This document shows, one piece after another, positions 49,063 to 63,225 of a DNA stretch of 64,000 nt. The notes below the pieces were generated by a model. That model worked only from the letters and a program-made list of their open reading frames with translations. It ran no database searches and was not told the DNA's origin. The stretch lies in contig NC_043022.1 of the NCBI RefSeq assembly GCF_006345805.1, positions 8,308,001 through 8,372,000 of the forward strand. The letters are read 5' to 3'. A program made the translations under genes and the position numbers. Numbering within the stretch: the first letter of the stretch is position 1; each line of letters opens with the position of its first letter. Source of the DNA: Octopus sinensis. Lineage: Eukaryota.

Positions 49063-50379
49063 GCCTGTTAAGAGAATTGGGTTTTCGAACCCAGAACGCG
49101 TTTACTCATAGGTTGGTTTGAACATTATAAAAAAACAAAAAACAACAACAAAAAACAAAAAACAAACCCAAAACCCCTGAGCAATAACAAAACGAACAGC
49201 AGCAACAATCTTCGATTCGTGTCTGTGGAGGGTTTTCTGTGTGCAGATGTATGTCTGTGTGTGCGTATATGTCTGTGTGCACATGTATAGCAGCGGGCTG
49301 TCTGTGTATTATTGTATGTAAACGTCCACGTAAACCGTGTGCATTAAAGCGTGCAGACGTGTGCACACGTGTAGAGTTTAAATTCGCTAGCATATTAGAT
49401 GGGTGAAGCGATGTGTTATAAACTTTTACTGATGTTATTCTGTTGCTAGTCAATATGAACAGTGGAGCTCTTATGTAGTCGAAAGATAGGCTAGAAATAA
49501 CAGCAAAATCTCTCCATCAAAATCTCTCCATACGTACAATTTTAATTTAGAAAAGGACATTGTCAGCGTTGTACAAGTATGTTTTTTTAACTTCCATTTT
49601 TTCCCATCTCATAAAGGCATTAACTGTATTGGGCTCACGATCATATGGTCTGAGGTTCGATTCCTGGACCGAGCGACGCTTTGTGTGTTTTTCTTCTTTT
49701 TTTTCCCCCCAGCTGTATACATCATTTCACGTTGCTCCAGTCTACTCAACTTGAATAAGCACCACGCTGTTTCAGTTTATTTCGAAAATAATGAAGAATT
49801 TTGTAAAACAACGTTATCATTAAGCTGATGTTTGGAACTTAAATTTACATACGATTTTAATGGAACCTTTTAGTTCAGATAGCTTAAAGGTAGGAATTTT
49901 GTATCATGGAACCAGAGGCGGTCTCAGACGGGTTGGTATTCAAAAGTGTAGGTGTTAAATCCTTATTGTTCTGCCGGTTCAAAAGGGGGTGGAGAAAGAG
50001 GGAGAGAGAGAGGGTTGCCTGTCTGCTCCCGACTACATAGGTACCTAACGCAATTAGTGAACGCGGTTCTGAGTCAAACTTGCGTGTGAGTGACGTGGTT
50101 TTTATTCTTTAAGATGTGTTCCATCATTAGGTTACGGCTACGGTGGGGCACCGCTTTCAATTATTTTTAGTTGATTATGGCGACTCTACTTCTATATTTT
50201 ACTGATTGGCTAAGTTAAAAGTTGAATTTCATCAACTTTGGTCTTCCTTCAAATGACGTTAATGTATCGAACGCATTGAAACACACGGTCCCATATATAT
50301 GATATTTGTTTTGTTTTTGTTTTTCCAGTTTCAGCTCTTGAGCTGTGGCCATGCTGGGGCACCGCCATTGTGGTGAAAG

Positions 50380-50520
50380 AGTACAGCAGGGATCACCACC
50401 CCCTGCCGGAGCCTCGTAGAGCTTTTAGGTGTTTTCGCTCAATAAACACACACAACGCCCGGTCTGAGAATCGAAACCGCGATCCTGCGACCGCGAGTCC
50501 GCTGCCCTAACCACTAGGCC
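50380..50520 (-). mobile_element. SINE head A fragment
   Basis: Reverse complement of the 12742-12880 head. Confidence 0.75.
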
Positions 50521-50587
50521 ATATATATATATATATATATATATATCGGATCTACACGTGTATATGTTGCACCCCAGTTTTTTTATA

Positions 50588-51030
50588 GTTAAAACCACGT
50601 ATGAAATGGTGCTAGTTATAAGCGAGTAAAATCTGTGTGTGCGTTCTTACCTTGGGAAGAACACACGGTGGAGGTTCATGAGAGGAAGCTTACCAAATAT
50701 CAGGAGTTGGTAGAGTAATGCAGGAACAAAGGTTAAAATGCACGTTGATAGGCAACAGAAATGAGTTGCGAAGGTTTTTGTGGGCTTTCCTTCTGGAAAG
50801 CTCTGACTGGGCTTGGAGCTACTGGTGCAACTAAGATGAGGACCATTACTGTAGTTGCAGAGAAGGCCGCTAGATGGTTTTTGGATAAAGAGTGCATATC
50901 AGCTGCTACTTAATCAACCCCGGTTGGGTCAACTAGGCGAGAAATGTCTATGTGGGAAGACCTGAAACCCTGTTGAGTCCCTAGAAACATCGCTGATGAT
51001 ATATCTCTGAGCATCAATGAGATGTTTCTT
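50588..51030 (+). mobile_element. 3' fragment of a HERO-like (R2-group, restriction-like endonuclease) non-LTR retrotransposon
   Basis: From 50641: LPWEEHTVEVHERKLTKYQELVE*CRNKG...EMSCEGFCGLS...AEKAARWF, matching the RLE motif ELTVPWE...HERK..KY..L...EVGCRGF...AEKASRW. It is followed by ATCAACCCCGGTTGGGTC...CATCGCTGATGAT, a HERO-like 3' UTR as recalled. Confidence 0.75.
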
Positions 51031-51664
51031 GGAACTTTGTATGTATGTAATGTGTGTATGAATGAATATAGTTTGATACTTTTCTCAACTTGTCTCAGTG
51101 AATATGGTCCACGTGATTGCAAAGCAAATTTCGTTACTATGCGGCCATGCTTGAAAATTAAAAGTAAAAAGCACTACAAAACGAAGATGGGCTGGTTCGT
51201 CATGACTGCGTCCTTTAATCAGAGGTATTTTTAGTCATGGCTTGCTCCTTGCTAACACAAATGATTTTGTATTTACTCAAGCACATTGCAATTTCGAGTA
51301 TAATACGGCCCCATTTTCTACATTACAGCTCATTTTTAATGCCATGTTGTCAAGTTTGCCCTTGATGTGAGTAAATAGGAGAGAATTAATTTGGTATTTT
51401 TCATTATTTTTGTCTTTTTTTGAGTCGAAACTTTTGCATTTAAGTGAAGTTCCGACTCGTACATGACAACTTTCACGCGATATATTATGCTCGTGGTACG
51501 CACGCACACACACACACACACAAAGGTTTGATAATGCAAATAGAAAAATAGATCTCAAAACATGTGTATATGTATGTATGTATGTATGTATGTATATATA
51601 ATGTGTGGGCCATTGCGCTTCCACACACACACACACATATGTATATATATATATACATACATAT

Positions 51665-51835
51665 ATGAGACCCCCTTCGGTCACGACACTGACCATGGGA
51701 TTGAACCTAGAAAGTTACCCTCCCAGGCACAAGTCCGGGCAAGGTTGTTTTTTATGAAATACCAGCCGTTACCCATGCATACCGGCCTCCCCTCTCCACG
51801 CCACCAATATTATCCAAGGGAAAAGCAAAGGACGA
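51665..51835 (-). mobile_element. SINE tail T1 fragment
   Basis: Reverse complement of 54440-54605. Confidence 0.75.
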
Positions 51836-51869
51836 TATATATATATATTTATATATATTTATATATTAT

Positions 51870-52190
51870 ATATATTTATATATTATATAAAATACGTTCT
51901 GTCTGTCTGTGTGTGTGTCTTCTAGGATCTCGGGCATCCTCCATCCGATTAGACTGAAATTTGATATGTAGATACCGACAGTATCAGGGCGTGTATAAGT
52001 CTTGAAAAAAGTACAACAATCGATTCCAGGTGAGAATGCGATCGATAAAGCCGTGGGAACGTGCATTTGTAAGCGCAAGTACATCAGCTGTTGCGATCGA
52101 TCTACGCGTACGCGAGAAAAATGCACGTGCAGTTTGCGCAAAAAAGCCGGCTGGCTTGAATTAATGCCACATATTGCTGTACATAACTGC
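51870..52190 (+). mobile_element. Possible Helitron-type non-autonomous element, 5' portion
   Basis: TATATAAAA...TGTCTGTCTGTGTG...CCGATTAGACTGAAATTTG resembles the 5' region of the Helitron at 27320. No CTAG end was found. Confidence 0.4.
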
Positions 52191-52634
52191 ACCTTCCATT
52201 TTTTATGTTTTTGTACTACTTAAAGGCACGTTTCTTTCCTGCCAAGCTTACTGTTTAAACCATGTTTGTGTTCTCCCAGTCAGCAGCCTTATCATTACTG
52301 GTACTTTAAACTCTTCGGTTGCATATTTGTGTGAATAAAATCGTTTTTCTTTGGAATAGAAAAAAAGTCTATCTTTATTTCTTCTTTTGCTGGTGTCTCA
52401 AATTTAGGTTAAATCAGTGTTTCTCAAAGGGGAGGCCTATGGGACAGTTGGACAAGTTGTTTTGAGAAAATTTGGTATAAATGTTTGACAACTCAGCACG
52501 TCCATTGGACGGGGGGCGTTTTGCTCGTATATATATATACATGCTTATATGTATGCTGTACATCTCTGCCTCTCTCTATATATAAATGTGTGTGTGTGTA
52601 TATATGTATGTATATATATGTATGTGTAGCCATT

Positions 52635-52785
52635 ACACATTCTTTATTTTCTCTCTTTGTTTCTTTCTGTGGAAGTGCGTAGGCTCGAAACGTTAAAGAC
52701 CTTTTCACTTCCCGAGCGTTATACTAATACATCTGTTTCTACACCACCGGTCTTCGTCTTCTTTTTTTTTGTGAATTCTCCCCTG
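52635..52785 (+). mobile_element. Penelope-like terminal-repeat fragment with a hammerhead-like motif, copy 2
   Basis: TCTTT-CTGTGGA-A-GTGC(GTAG)GCTC-GAAACGTT-AAAGA at 52662-52699. The flanks are homologous to 11160-11340. Confidence 0.6.
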
Positions 52786-52789
52786 TGTA

Positions 52790-52864
52790 TGCATATATAT
52801 CTATGTATATATGCCTGTATATATGAATATATATATATATATGTATATATGCATATATCTATGC

Positions 52865-52903
<39 letters not shown>

Positions 52904-53081
52904 AACATATGTGTATATATATATATATGTATGTATATATGTATATATATTTAGGTGCATATATGTATATATATATGTATGTGTATATGTATATATGTAT
53001 ATGTGTATATATATTTATATGTATATATGTATGTATATATATATATGTATATATATATGTTTATATATATACGTATATATA

Positions 53082-53114
<33 letters not shown>

Positions 53115-53713
53115 GTGTATATATGTATGTGTATATATATATGTATGTGTATATATATATGTATATGTATATATATGTATATGTATATATATATGTATAT
53201 ATATATGTGTATGTGTATATATATATGTGTATGTGTATATATATATGTGTATGTGTATATATATATGTATATGTATATATATATGTATATATATATGTGT
53301 ATGTGTATATATATATATATGTGTATGTGTATATATATATGTATATGTGTATATATATATGTATATGTGTATATATATATGTATATGTAAATATATATAT
53401 GTATATATGTATATATATATACATATATATATGTGTATATATATATGTATATGTGTATATATATATGTATATGTAAATATATATATGTATATATGTATAT
53501 ATATATACATATATATATGTGTATATATATATGTATATGTAAATATATATATATGTATATATGTATATATATACATATATATATGTGTATATATGTATAT
53601 ATATATATATGTGTATATATGTATATATATATATATGTGTATATATGTATATATATGCTTATGTATATATACGTATATATGTATGTATGTATATATGTTT
53701 ATGCATATATGTA

Positions 53714-53760
<47 letters not shown>

Positions 53761-54953
53761 GCGTGTATGTGTGTGTGTATATATATATATATGTATATAT
53801 GCGTGTATGTGTGTGTATGTATGTATATGTATATATATGTATTTATATGTATGTATATGTATGTATATATATAATATATATATGTATTTATATGTATGTA
53901 TATGTATGTATGTATATATTATATATATATATATATGTATGTATATATATGTAAGCATATATATATGTATGTATATATATATATATGTATGTATGCATAT
54001 ATATATGTATGTATATATATGTATATATACATATATATATGTATATATATACATATATATATGTATTATATATGTATATATATACATATATATATGTATA
54101 TATATGTATATATTACATATATATATGTATATATGTATATATATACATATATATATGTATATATATATATATGTATATATATACATATAATTATGTATAT
54201 ATATATATATGTATATATATACATATAATTATGTATATATATATATGTATGTATATATATATATATATTTGTGTATGTCGTATGGCTCAGTGGTTAGAGC
54301 GTCGAGCTTACGATCGTGAGGTTGTGAGCTCGAATCCCGGACCGGGCTGCGTGTTGTGTTCTTGAGCAAGGCACTTTATTTCACGTTGCTCCAGTTCACT
54401 CAGCTGTAGAAATGAGTTGCGACGTCACTGGTGCCAAGCTGTATCGACCTTTGTCTTTCCCTTGGATAACACTGGTGGCGTGGAAAGGAGAGGCTGGTAT
54501 GCATGGGCGACTGCTGGTCTTCCATAAACAACCTTGCCCGGACTTGTGTCTAGGAGGGTAACTTTCTAGGTGAAATCCCATGGTCACTCATGACCGAAGG
54601 GGGTCTTTACCTTATATATATATATGTATGTATGTATATATATATATATGCATGTATATATATATGCTTATGTATATATGTATGTATATATAATATGCTT
54701 ATGTATATATATATATGAAAATATATGTATGTTTCTATATATGTTTATGCATATATGTATGTGTAGATATATATATGTTTATGCATATATGTATGTGTAG
54801 ATATATATATATATATATATATATGTTTGTATGTATGTGTATGTATTTATATGTATTTATATGTATGTATATATATGTATGTATGTATATATATATATGT
54901 ATGTATATATGTATGTATGTATTTATATGTATGTCTATATATGTATGTATGTG

Positions 54954-54999
<46 letters not shown>

Positions 55000-55071
55000 T
55001 ATGTATATATATATGTATATATATATGTATGTATATATATATGTATATATATATGTATGTATATATATATG

Positions 55072-55130
<59 letters not shown>

Positions 55131-55136
55131 GTATAT

Positions 55137-55168
<32 letters not shown>

Positions 55169-55391
55169 TATGTATATATATATATGTATATATATGTATG
55201 TATGTATATATATATATGTATGTATATATATATATGTATGTATATATATATATGTATGTATGTATATGTATGTATGTATATATATGTATGTATGTATATA
55301 TATGTGTATATATATACATGTATGTATATATATGTACGCATATATATGTATGTATATATATGTCTGTATGCATATATATGTATGTATGTAT

Positions 55392-55429
<38 letters not shown>

Positions 55430-55620
55430 GTATTTGTATATATATCTGTATATGTATGTGTATATATATATATGCATCTATGTATGTATATGCATATATA
55501 TATATATGTATATATATATATATGTATGTATATGTATGTATATATACCTGTTAGTATGTACGTATATGTTTACACGTATAGACATGGCGTGTATGTATAT
55601 GTTTCGACGTACACATACAT
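52790..55620. repeat. Long (TA)/(TATG)/(TG) compound microsatellite, interrupted by a SINE
   Basis: Direct reading. Confidence 0.95.
54276..54612 (+). mobile_element. Well-preserved tRNA-headed SINE (head C + CORE/Meta-like domain + tail T1)
   Basis: A-box TGGCTCAGTGG, B-box-like GCTCGAATCC, central TTCTTGAGCAAGGCACTTTATTTCACGTTGCTCCAG, and a tail ending GACCGAAGGGGGTCTTTACC. Confidence 0.85.
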
Positions 55621-55853
55621 TTTTGCACTATCATATGTGTATATATTTATATATGTCTGTTGTTGATGTCATAAGAAATGAAAAACTTTGAGAGAACGTG
55701 AAATAGTCATAGCTTGGGTGCAGAAAGCTGAAGGTTGCCCGTGGAACTCGAACCACCATCTGCTGTAAACATAAGTATATAAACACATACGTACGTATCT
55801 ACATGTATATGCATACTTATATATAAGTACACGTGCATGTGTGTATGTATGCA

Positions 55854-55896
<43 letters not shown>

Positions 55897-56850
55897 TATC
55901 TGTAGACATATGTGTGACTGTGTATATAAATTTATATGTGTGTGTATATATCTATAAACGTAAATGTGTGTGTACATATATGTATATATAATTGTATATA
56001 TGTGTGTTATATACAGTATGTGTATGTATACATATCTTCTGTATATATCACATACTCACACGTATACATATTTATATGTATATATGATCTAGAATACGAA
56101 AGTGTTGCGTATAGTATGTATGTGCATATGAGTACAAGATTTTCTGTACACACAGGGAAAATACTTATGGTTTGCTATTTTGTATGCCAATCACTACTAC
56201 TTTACCTCTGTTTTGTGTACTTGTTTTTATTTATTTATTTGTTGTTATCCGAAATATATATCTTCAAAATCCAAAATAGCACGTCTGATTCTCGATCGAC
56301 CTGCTGTGTACACACGTGCGTTTTTTGCTTTTATTTATTTTTTGTTATGAAATGCGTTTTTGGCTCGGTCATTCCGTCTTTCAAATGCTTTCAAACGTGG
56401 CCATCTCGTCTTCGAATCCTTTATTTGTCTAAAGCATTTTTCATAAGTTTGTCCTAAACGTTCACTCTTACTTTCAGCCTTTCCGTTAGCTCACTTTTAA
56501 TACTTTCTGTGTAATTTAACGCTTTCCTTTCATATGTTCCAAGTTAACTTAGTGGTTTAAAAACAAAACTGGAGATAGGTCTGGTAAATGGTGCATGAGC
56601 GCCAGGGAAATGTGCCCTGTATATCGTATGTGATACACAGGTCAATGCGTTCCAACTGTGACCATCTAGTCAGTTTTAAAAATATTCTAATTGTGCCCTT
56701 GAAGTCATTTTTTAAAAATCGTTTCAACCGTGACCATTGCGCTTTGTAAATGTGACCACCTTGTTTTTTTTTTTAATTATGATCAAGATATCCTTCTGTT
56801 ACCCTCAACCTTGTTTTAAGATACATTTGATAATGCAGTGCAATGTACAA

Positions 56851-57003
56851 CAGTAGCATAACTTGAGCGGGGCGTGGGGGGGGGGATCGGCCGCCGGGTG
56901 GTGCTTTTATGAGGGCATCACTTCTGGGTCTGCTTTATAAACCTGTATAGGCTGCAGCAAACGCAAATGCTGCTCCGGCGCACACACTATATTTCCGCTA
57001 CTG
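56851..57003. mobile_element. Possible degraded hAT-like MITE
   Basis: Ends CAGTAGCAT and CGCTACTG. Flanks ATGTACAA/GTGTACGC (5/8). Confidence 0.4.
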
Positions 57004-58781
57004 GTGTACGCTAGATGAAAAATAAAATATAGGAAGTGGATCAGAGCTGGTCTGGGACTAAATAACAATGCCAGCTTGCGATAGTCACGTGTGTGTGTGT
57101 ATGGTGGGGGACAGATCGCAGGTTCGCTATTTTCTGCTCTAGGATACTGTAGGCGGTAGTTACAGGTGTTGTGAGCTTTCCTGTGCTGCTTATACTTTAT
57201 TTAAAATGACTCGTGTGGATCCCGGGTAACTGCCCAGTATGCCTATGTCCTCAGACAGCACTATCCTTTACTCTTTCAGATTCTAATGTTGCTACAGTTA
57301 AAATTGAATTTCATCATTTGGAAGTCGATAAAAGTAGCGGTAATGGATTATACCCCTACTCAAAATTTGTGCTCTTTGTACGAAATCTAAGACACTGTTT
57401 TCTTTGGTTTCTTCAGCCCTATTTCCCCATTGATTTAGGTACGTGACACCTTCGTTGATGGCCTTAAAGACCCACGGGTGTCTTAGACGTACCCCTATTT
57501 CAACCGCGCATATTCAGTAAAGTCCATCTTATATAGGATCCAGGGTATCTTTTTGAGACTATTTCGAAAGAAATAAAATATTTTTATAAATCCAAATGTG
57601 TTTCATATGCTATCAAATACTTTGTTGATAATATGGAAAATCGCGGCACCTCTAACAAACTTTGACCCAGAGAAAGCCTTAGTGAACGAGGAAAAGAGTT
57701 TATATATAATTACTATAAAAATCAGGATCTTCAAATACACAGAATCGAACTTCAAAAATATGATAAAAAAAGCATAAGTAAAAAGTTACCACCATCTGTG
57801 ATGGTATTGCTTCCAAAAAGGCAAAAAAAAAGTCTCAAAAAATCACACCAGATCCTATACGCGAAGTTGGACCTTCCATAAGCTTATTTTGACCTTAATA
57901 CTCACTACTAAAAGCTAATTTTACCTAAGACAGTCTCTTCTACGAAGCCTGACGCCCTAATAACTCAGTTTTTATACACAGTAGTATTTTCTACTATATG
58001 CTAAAGTACTTCTGTAATGTACTGCCAGTTTGCTTTAGATATTACAGGTTTTATGCGTTAAAAACTTTTTCTGAGTATGCGCTACAGAAATTGGGGGGCG
58101 TCTGATATACCTGTGGGTCTTTTATGCTCCCAAATATGGTATCTACTGATATAGTTTAATTGTTAGGGTATCTCTTTCAATCTTTCTCTCGTCCTCATTA
58201 TGGACATCAAAGACAATTAACTGGTCTCTATTTCATTTAAACGATGATTAAAAAGCTCTTTTATTGGTAATATATTGAGTGGAAATGTATATAATTTCAA
58301 CCGATCATCTATGAACAATACACACATATATACACCCACATACTTACATAAGTACATACACAAGGACATACACGCGTAAATGCATTGTCAAAATATGTAA
58401 AACTTCCCAAAAGTTTAACAGACAAATACACGATATGTATGAGTATACATACATATAACAAAATATAAAAATCTGCACATGCACTGACCCCAAATACTTT
58501 CACGTAGGCTCACATACGTACACAGTTACCTTGTCGATGTTATTGAAATTACAGTGAAGTAGCCTTAGATTTTGGTTAAAAACCGACTGATTCTCTATTA
58601 TCAAGAGTTCTAGAAATACACCTAAATAATAAAATGCATTTATACATGTGATTTCGAACATATGATAGTCGTTGTTGACATCGGACGAAAACCCCATCTG
58701 CAAGAGTCCCTATTCAACTAACTTCAAGAATATACCAAACACATAGATGAAGAGCAAATACAAAGTATATTAGAGCTTATA

Positions 58782-58947
58782 CTGTAATAACTCGTGTGTA
58801 AGTCGCACTCCTAATTTTGTATTGAAATTCATACAAAGTTTTTAAAAAAAAGTTTTAGGTTTTTCCCTTGTATAAGCCGCACCCCAGCTTTTTTCCCCAG
58901 CTAAAATCAAATATAAAATAGTACAGCTTATACACGAGTAAATACAG
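58782..58947. mobile_element. pogo/Tigger-like MITE (166 bp)
   Basis: TA TSDs. TIRs CTGTAATAACTCGTGTGTAAG and CTTATACACGAGTAAATACAG. Confidence 0.8.
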
Positions 58948-59154
58948 TACTTGTTAACTTACACGTGATCGGTATCGTCAACCATTAATTTCTGGACCTA
59001 TCTGATTTGTATTAAATTAGGGCCGCATTTTTTTTTACATACTTCTTCGAATTGTATACACCTGTATAGCTATGTAATCATTTATGGGTGTGTGTGTGTA
59101 TTTATCTATCTACCTACACCACTCCTTCTCTCTCTGTCTCTCTCTCTCTCTTAG

Positions 59155-59490
59155 CTGTGTGGTGTGGTCAAGAAGCTGGTTTTGCAACGGTGTATTCAGT
59201 CCCACTGCACAGCATCTTGGGCAAGGACCTGTGCTTGTAAGTGAATTCGGCTGAAGGAAACTGTTTGAAAGTCTGTTGTGTGTGTGTGTGTGTGTGTGTG
59301 CGTATCGCTGTGTTTGTCGCACCCCGCCGTTTAATAACAGGTGTTGGTTTGTTTACGTCGCACTAACTTGCGGTTCGGCAAAAAACGCCGACAGAATAAG
59401 TACTAAACTTGAAAACATTAGTTCTAGCGTTGATTTGTTCGAACCCTTTAAAGTAGAGCCGCAGTTCAATAACTGAAATAAGTTAAAACA
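59155..59490 (+). mobile_element. SINE family A copy
   Basis: Head-to-tail match. Confidence 0.75.
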
Positions 59491-59784
59491 AAACACACGC
59501 ATGTGTGTGTGGGTATATGTATATATTCTTTGTGTACAAAGCCTGATGTTCTTAGCAACCAAACTGCAAGAGTACGAGGCAGCGGTATCAAAGAAATATA
59601 CCACATGCTTGCAATCAATACACGTGCACACGTTTTCGCGCGCTTCGGTAAATGCACGATTATTGGCGTACAAACGTTTCTATGTGTGTGTGTATGTGTG
59701 AGGAGTGTATGCGTACATATTAATAGCGTATGACATACATTTACACAGAAGCATTTGTGTATGTATTTTTAAAAATTCTTTTAC

Positions 59785-59987
59785 TAGTTTCAGCCATTTG
59801 ACTGCGGCCATGCTGGAGCACCGCCCTTCGTCGAACAAATTGATCCCAGGACTTACTCTTTGTAAGAGTAGTACTTATTCTATCGGTCTCTTTTGCCGAA
59901 CCGCTAAGTTACGGGGACATAAACACACCAAAATTGGTTGTCAAGCGATGATGGGAGGGAGGCACAAACACAGATGCACAAACTTAC

Positions 59988-60025
<38 letters not shown>

Positions 60026-60165
60026 CGGGCTTCTTTCAATTTCCCTCTACAAAATTCACTCACAAGGCTTTGGTCGGCCCGAGGCTATAGTAGGGGACAC
60101 TTGCCCAAGGTGTCACGCAGTGGACCTGAACCTGGAACTACTTAGTTGTGAACTTCTTACCACAT
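59785..60165 (-). mobile_element. SINE family A copy (inverted relative to 59155)
   Basis: Near full-length reverse-complement match. Confidence 0.85.
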
Positions 60166-61557
60166 ATGCATATGTATGAATCTACGTTTGTACATCTTGT
60201 TTATGTGCTTCGTATGTGTGTCTCTAGGCATCTGTATACATTTATATACATATGTGCTTACGTGTAATCATTAAAAACTGGGGGTTCATAGCATTACTAC
60301 TCTTGATTTTTTTTTATTTATTATTATTTGCTCATTCAGGCCGCAAACTCCGACCGACCACGGTTTTTAATCATGAGCTTTAATATGTATAAACTAACGC
60401 TACGAAATACATTGAGTACTTGTGTGCTTTTCCTTCTTTCTGTATACATATGCACAAACATGCTCGCACGCGCACACACATACTGAGCTTGTTTCAATTT
60501 TTTTAATAAGAAGCATTACAATTTAGAAGTTTCTCAATAAAGAGGTTGATACCGTTATCAGCCATACCACGGAATCAATACATGCCTACGTCTTCTAGCG
60601 CGCCGGTAAAAGCGTACTTGCGACTGTAAATACACACGCAAACACATTCGCACCCACACATACACTAAACAGATTTATCTAAACTAATACATGTATTGAG
60701 TTCTATATTATGCACTTTTTAAAATATATTTCAATATACTTTTATACTTTTTAACACTTACATTACAATATATACATATGTGTGTGTGTCTCTCTCTCTG
60801 TAATATATAGTTGGAGTTAAAAAATCGATTATACATGGTGTGCACGTGCGCAAACACGGATGCACACATACGTAGATGTACTAATACATACGTGCACGAA
60901 TTAATACATACATGCATCCGTACGTGCATGCATAGATACAGAGTCAACACTATAACATCACGCGACCTGCTATAATTAAGAACCTAAATCTCGCATATCA
61001 AACCCTATCGTTTTAAATAGTGAAAAATACATGTATGTGTGTATGTATATATGTATGTATGTATACATGGATGCATGTATATGTGTATGTATGCATGCAT
61101 ACATAGATGAATGTATGTGTGTGTATATATGTACGTACGTGTGTACGCATGCAGGGATGCATGTATGGATGTAAAAAGGTACGTATGCATGCATGTATGT
61201 ATGTATGGCACATCATAAGACATGTCATAAGCTAGATCATATGAGTGATTTATCAGGGCAGAACTGGGTCAAATTGTAACTATACAAGAAGGAATATTAA
61301 CTGCGCCAGTGTTACAGTTCTCGGAGGGTTTTCAAACATCATGGGCACAGCATCTTCCTTCAGACGAATCTTATAAAAATTCAGAAAAAGAAACAGCAGC
61401 AGCTATATCACTTTCCTCACGTCATATTACTAACAGAGGCGTGACAATCAAACAATAATCTTTCATTCACATACTGTTACATTAACATTCTAAACATGTT
61501 TTCGAATCGTGTTTATAAATTTTAAAAAATACACTGCAAACCCGTTGTTCTTTAACC

Positions 61558-62072
61558 TATGTATGTATGTATGTATGTATGTATGTATGTATGTATGTAT
61601 GTATGCATGCATGCATGTGTGCTTGTATGTATGTGTGCATGTCTGTATGTATGTATGTATGTATGTATGCATGCATGTGTGCTTGTATGTATGTGTGCAT
61701 GTCTGTATGTGCGCGCGTGCATGTATATTTGTATGTGTGTGTATAGATGTGTATATATATCTGTATATAAATATATATATAGATATAGATATATATATAC
61801 ACGAGTATATTACAATATATGTGTATAAATATATATATAAATTCATATACATACATGTATGTATTCGTATGAATATATGTACGTATACGTATGTATATAA
61901 GCGTATGTGTATATACATATGTATATATAAGTATGTAAATGTATATGTATATATATAAGTATGTAAATGTATATATATGTATATATATAAGTATGTATAT
62001 GTATGCATACGTATGTCTGTATATATATTATATATATGTATTGTGTGTGTTTATATACGTATGTATATATGG

Positions 62073-62118
<46 letters not shown>

Positions 62119-62224
62119 TCCATGCATATAATATACGTATGTATGTATGTATATATACGTGTATGTATGTATGTATATGTATGTATGTTTAGTATGTGCG
62201 TACATATATATATATATATGAAAG

Positions 62225-62255
<31 letters not shown>

Positions 62256-62563
62256 CATCTCTGAACGAGGTATAAACAGTAGCTGAACGACAATGTGAAA
62301 TATATATGCCACTTAGTGGTTAGCCACATTTTATATATATATATATATATATACACGTATATGTATATATATGTACGTATATGTATATATATATGTACGT
62401 ATATGTATATATATATATACGTATATGTATATATATATATATATATGTACGTATATGTATATATATATATACGTATATGTATATATATATGTACGTATAT
62501 GTATATATATATATACGTATATGTATATATACGTATATGTATATATATATATATATATGTACG

Positions 62564-62594
<31 letters not shown>

Positions 62595-62622
62595 ATTACA
62601 TATCTATATATATATATGTACG

Positions 62623-62671
<49 letters not shown>

Positions 62672-62684
62672 GTACGTATATGTA

Positions 62685-62728
<44 letters not shown>

Positions 62729-62815
62729 TATATGTACGTATATGTATATATGTATATATATATGTACGTATATGTATATATATATCATATATATGTATAT
62801 CTATATACGTATATG

Positions 62816-62846
<31 letters not shown>

Positions 62847-62865
62847 CCGTATATGTATATATATG

Positions 62866-62902
<37 letters not shown>

Positions 62903-62928
62903 CTCACGTATATGTATATATAATATGT
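61558..62928. repeat. (TATG)/(TA)/(TACG) compound microsatellite
   Basis: Direct reading. Confidence 0.95.
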
Positions 62929-63028
62929 NNNNNNNNNNNNNNNNNNNNNNNNNNNNNNNNNNNNNNNNNNNNNNNNNNNNNNNNNNNNNNNNNNNNNNNN
63001 NNNNNNNNNNNNNNNNNNNNNNNNNNNN
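62929..63028. other. Assembly gap (100 N)
   Basis: Run of N. Confidence 1.
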
Positions 63029-63225
63029 AAATTCGACATGGGGTCGAAAATTAGAAACATGAACCACAAACTGTCTAGGGGACGCAACTCCATCCCTTTT
63101 TAAAACTCCCAAAATAAAATTTACCATCATTTTTTCCATTTTTGCTATTTTTTGGCTATAACTCTCTAAAAATGCTTTATAGTTATTCCCTTACAAACCT
63201 GAGCAACGCCGGGCGATACTGCTAG
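63029..63225 (+). mobile_element. Non-autonomous Helitron, 3' part (same family as 26952-27320)
   Basis: CCTGAGCAACGCCGGG hairpin followed by CTAG|T at 63222-63226. The 5' part falls in the gap. Confidence 0.85.

Noticed and set aside
54276-54350. tRNA gene-like sequences (also 645 and 12742)
   Set aside because: A/B boxes are present, but there is no acceptor-stem pairing and each runs into a SINE body.
52657-62923. Ile/Tyr/Met-rich ORFs of 100-405 aa (also at 10650-11246)
   Set aside because: These are translations of (TA)/(TATG) microsatellites.
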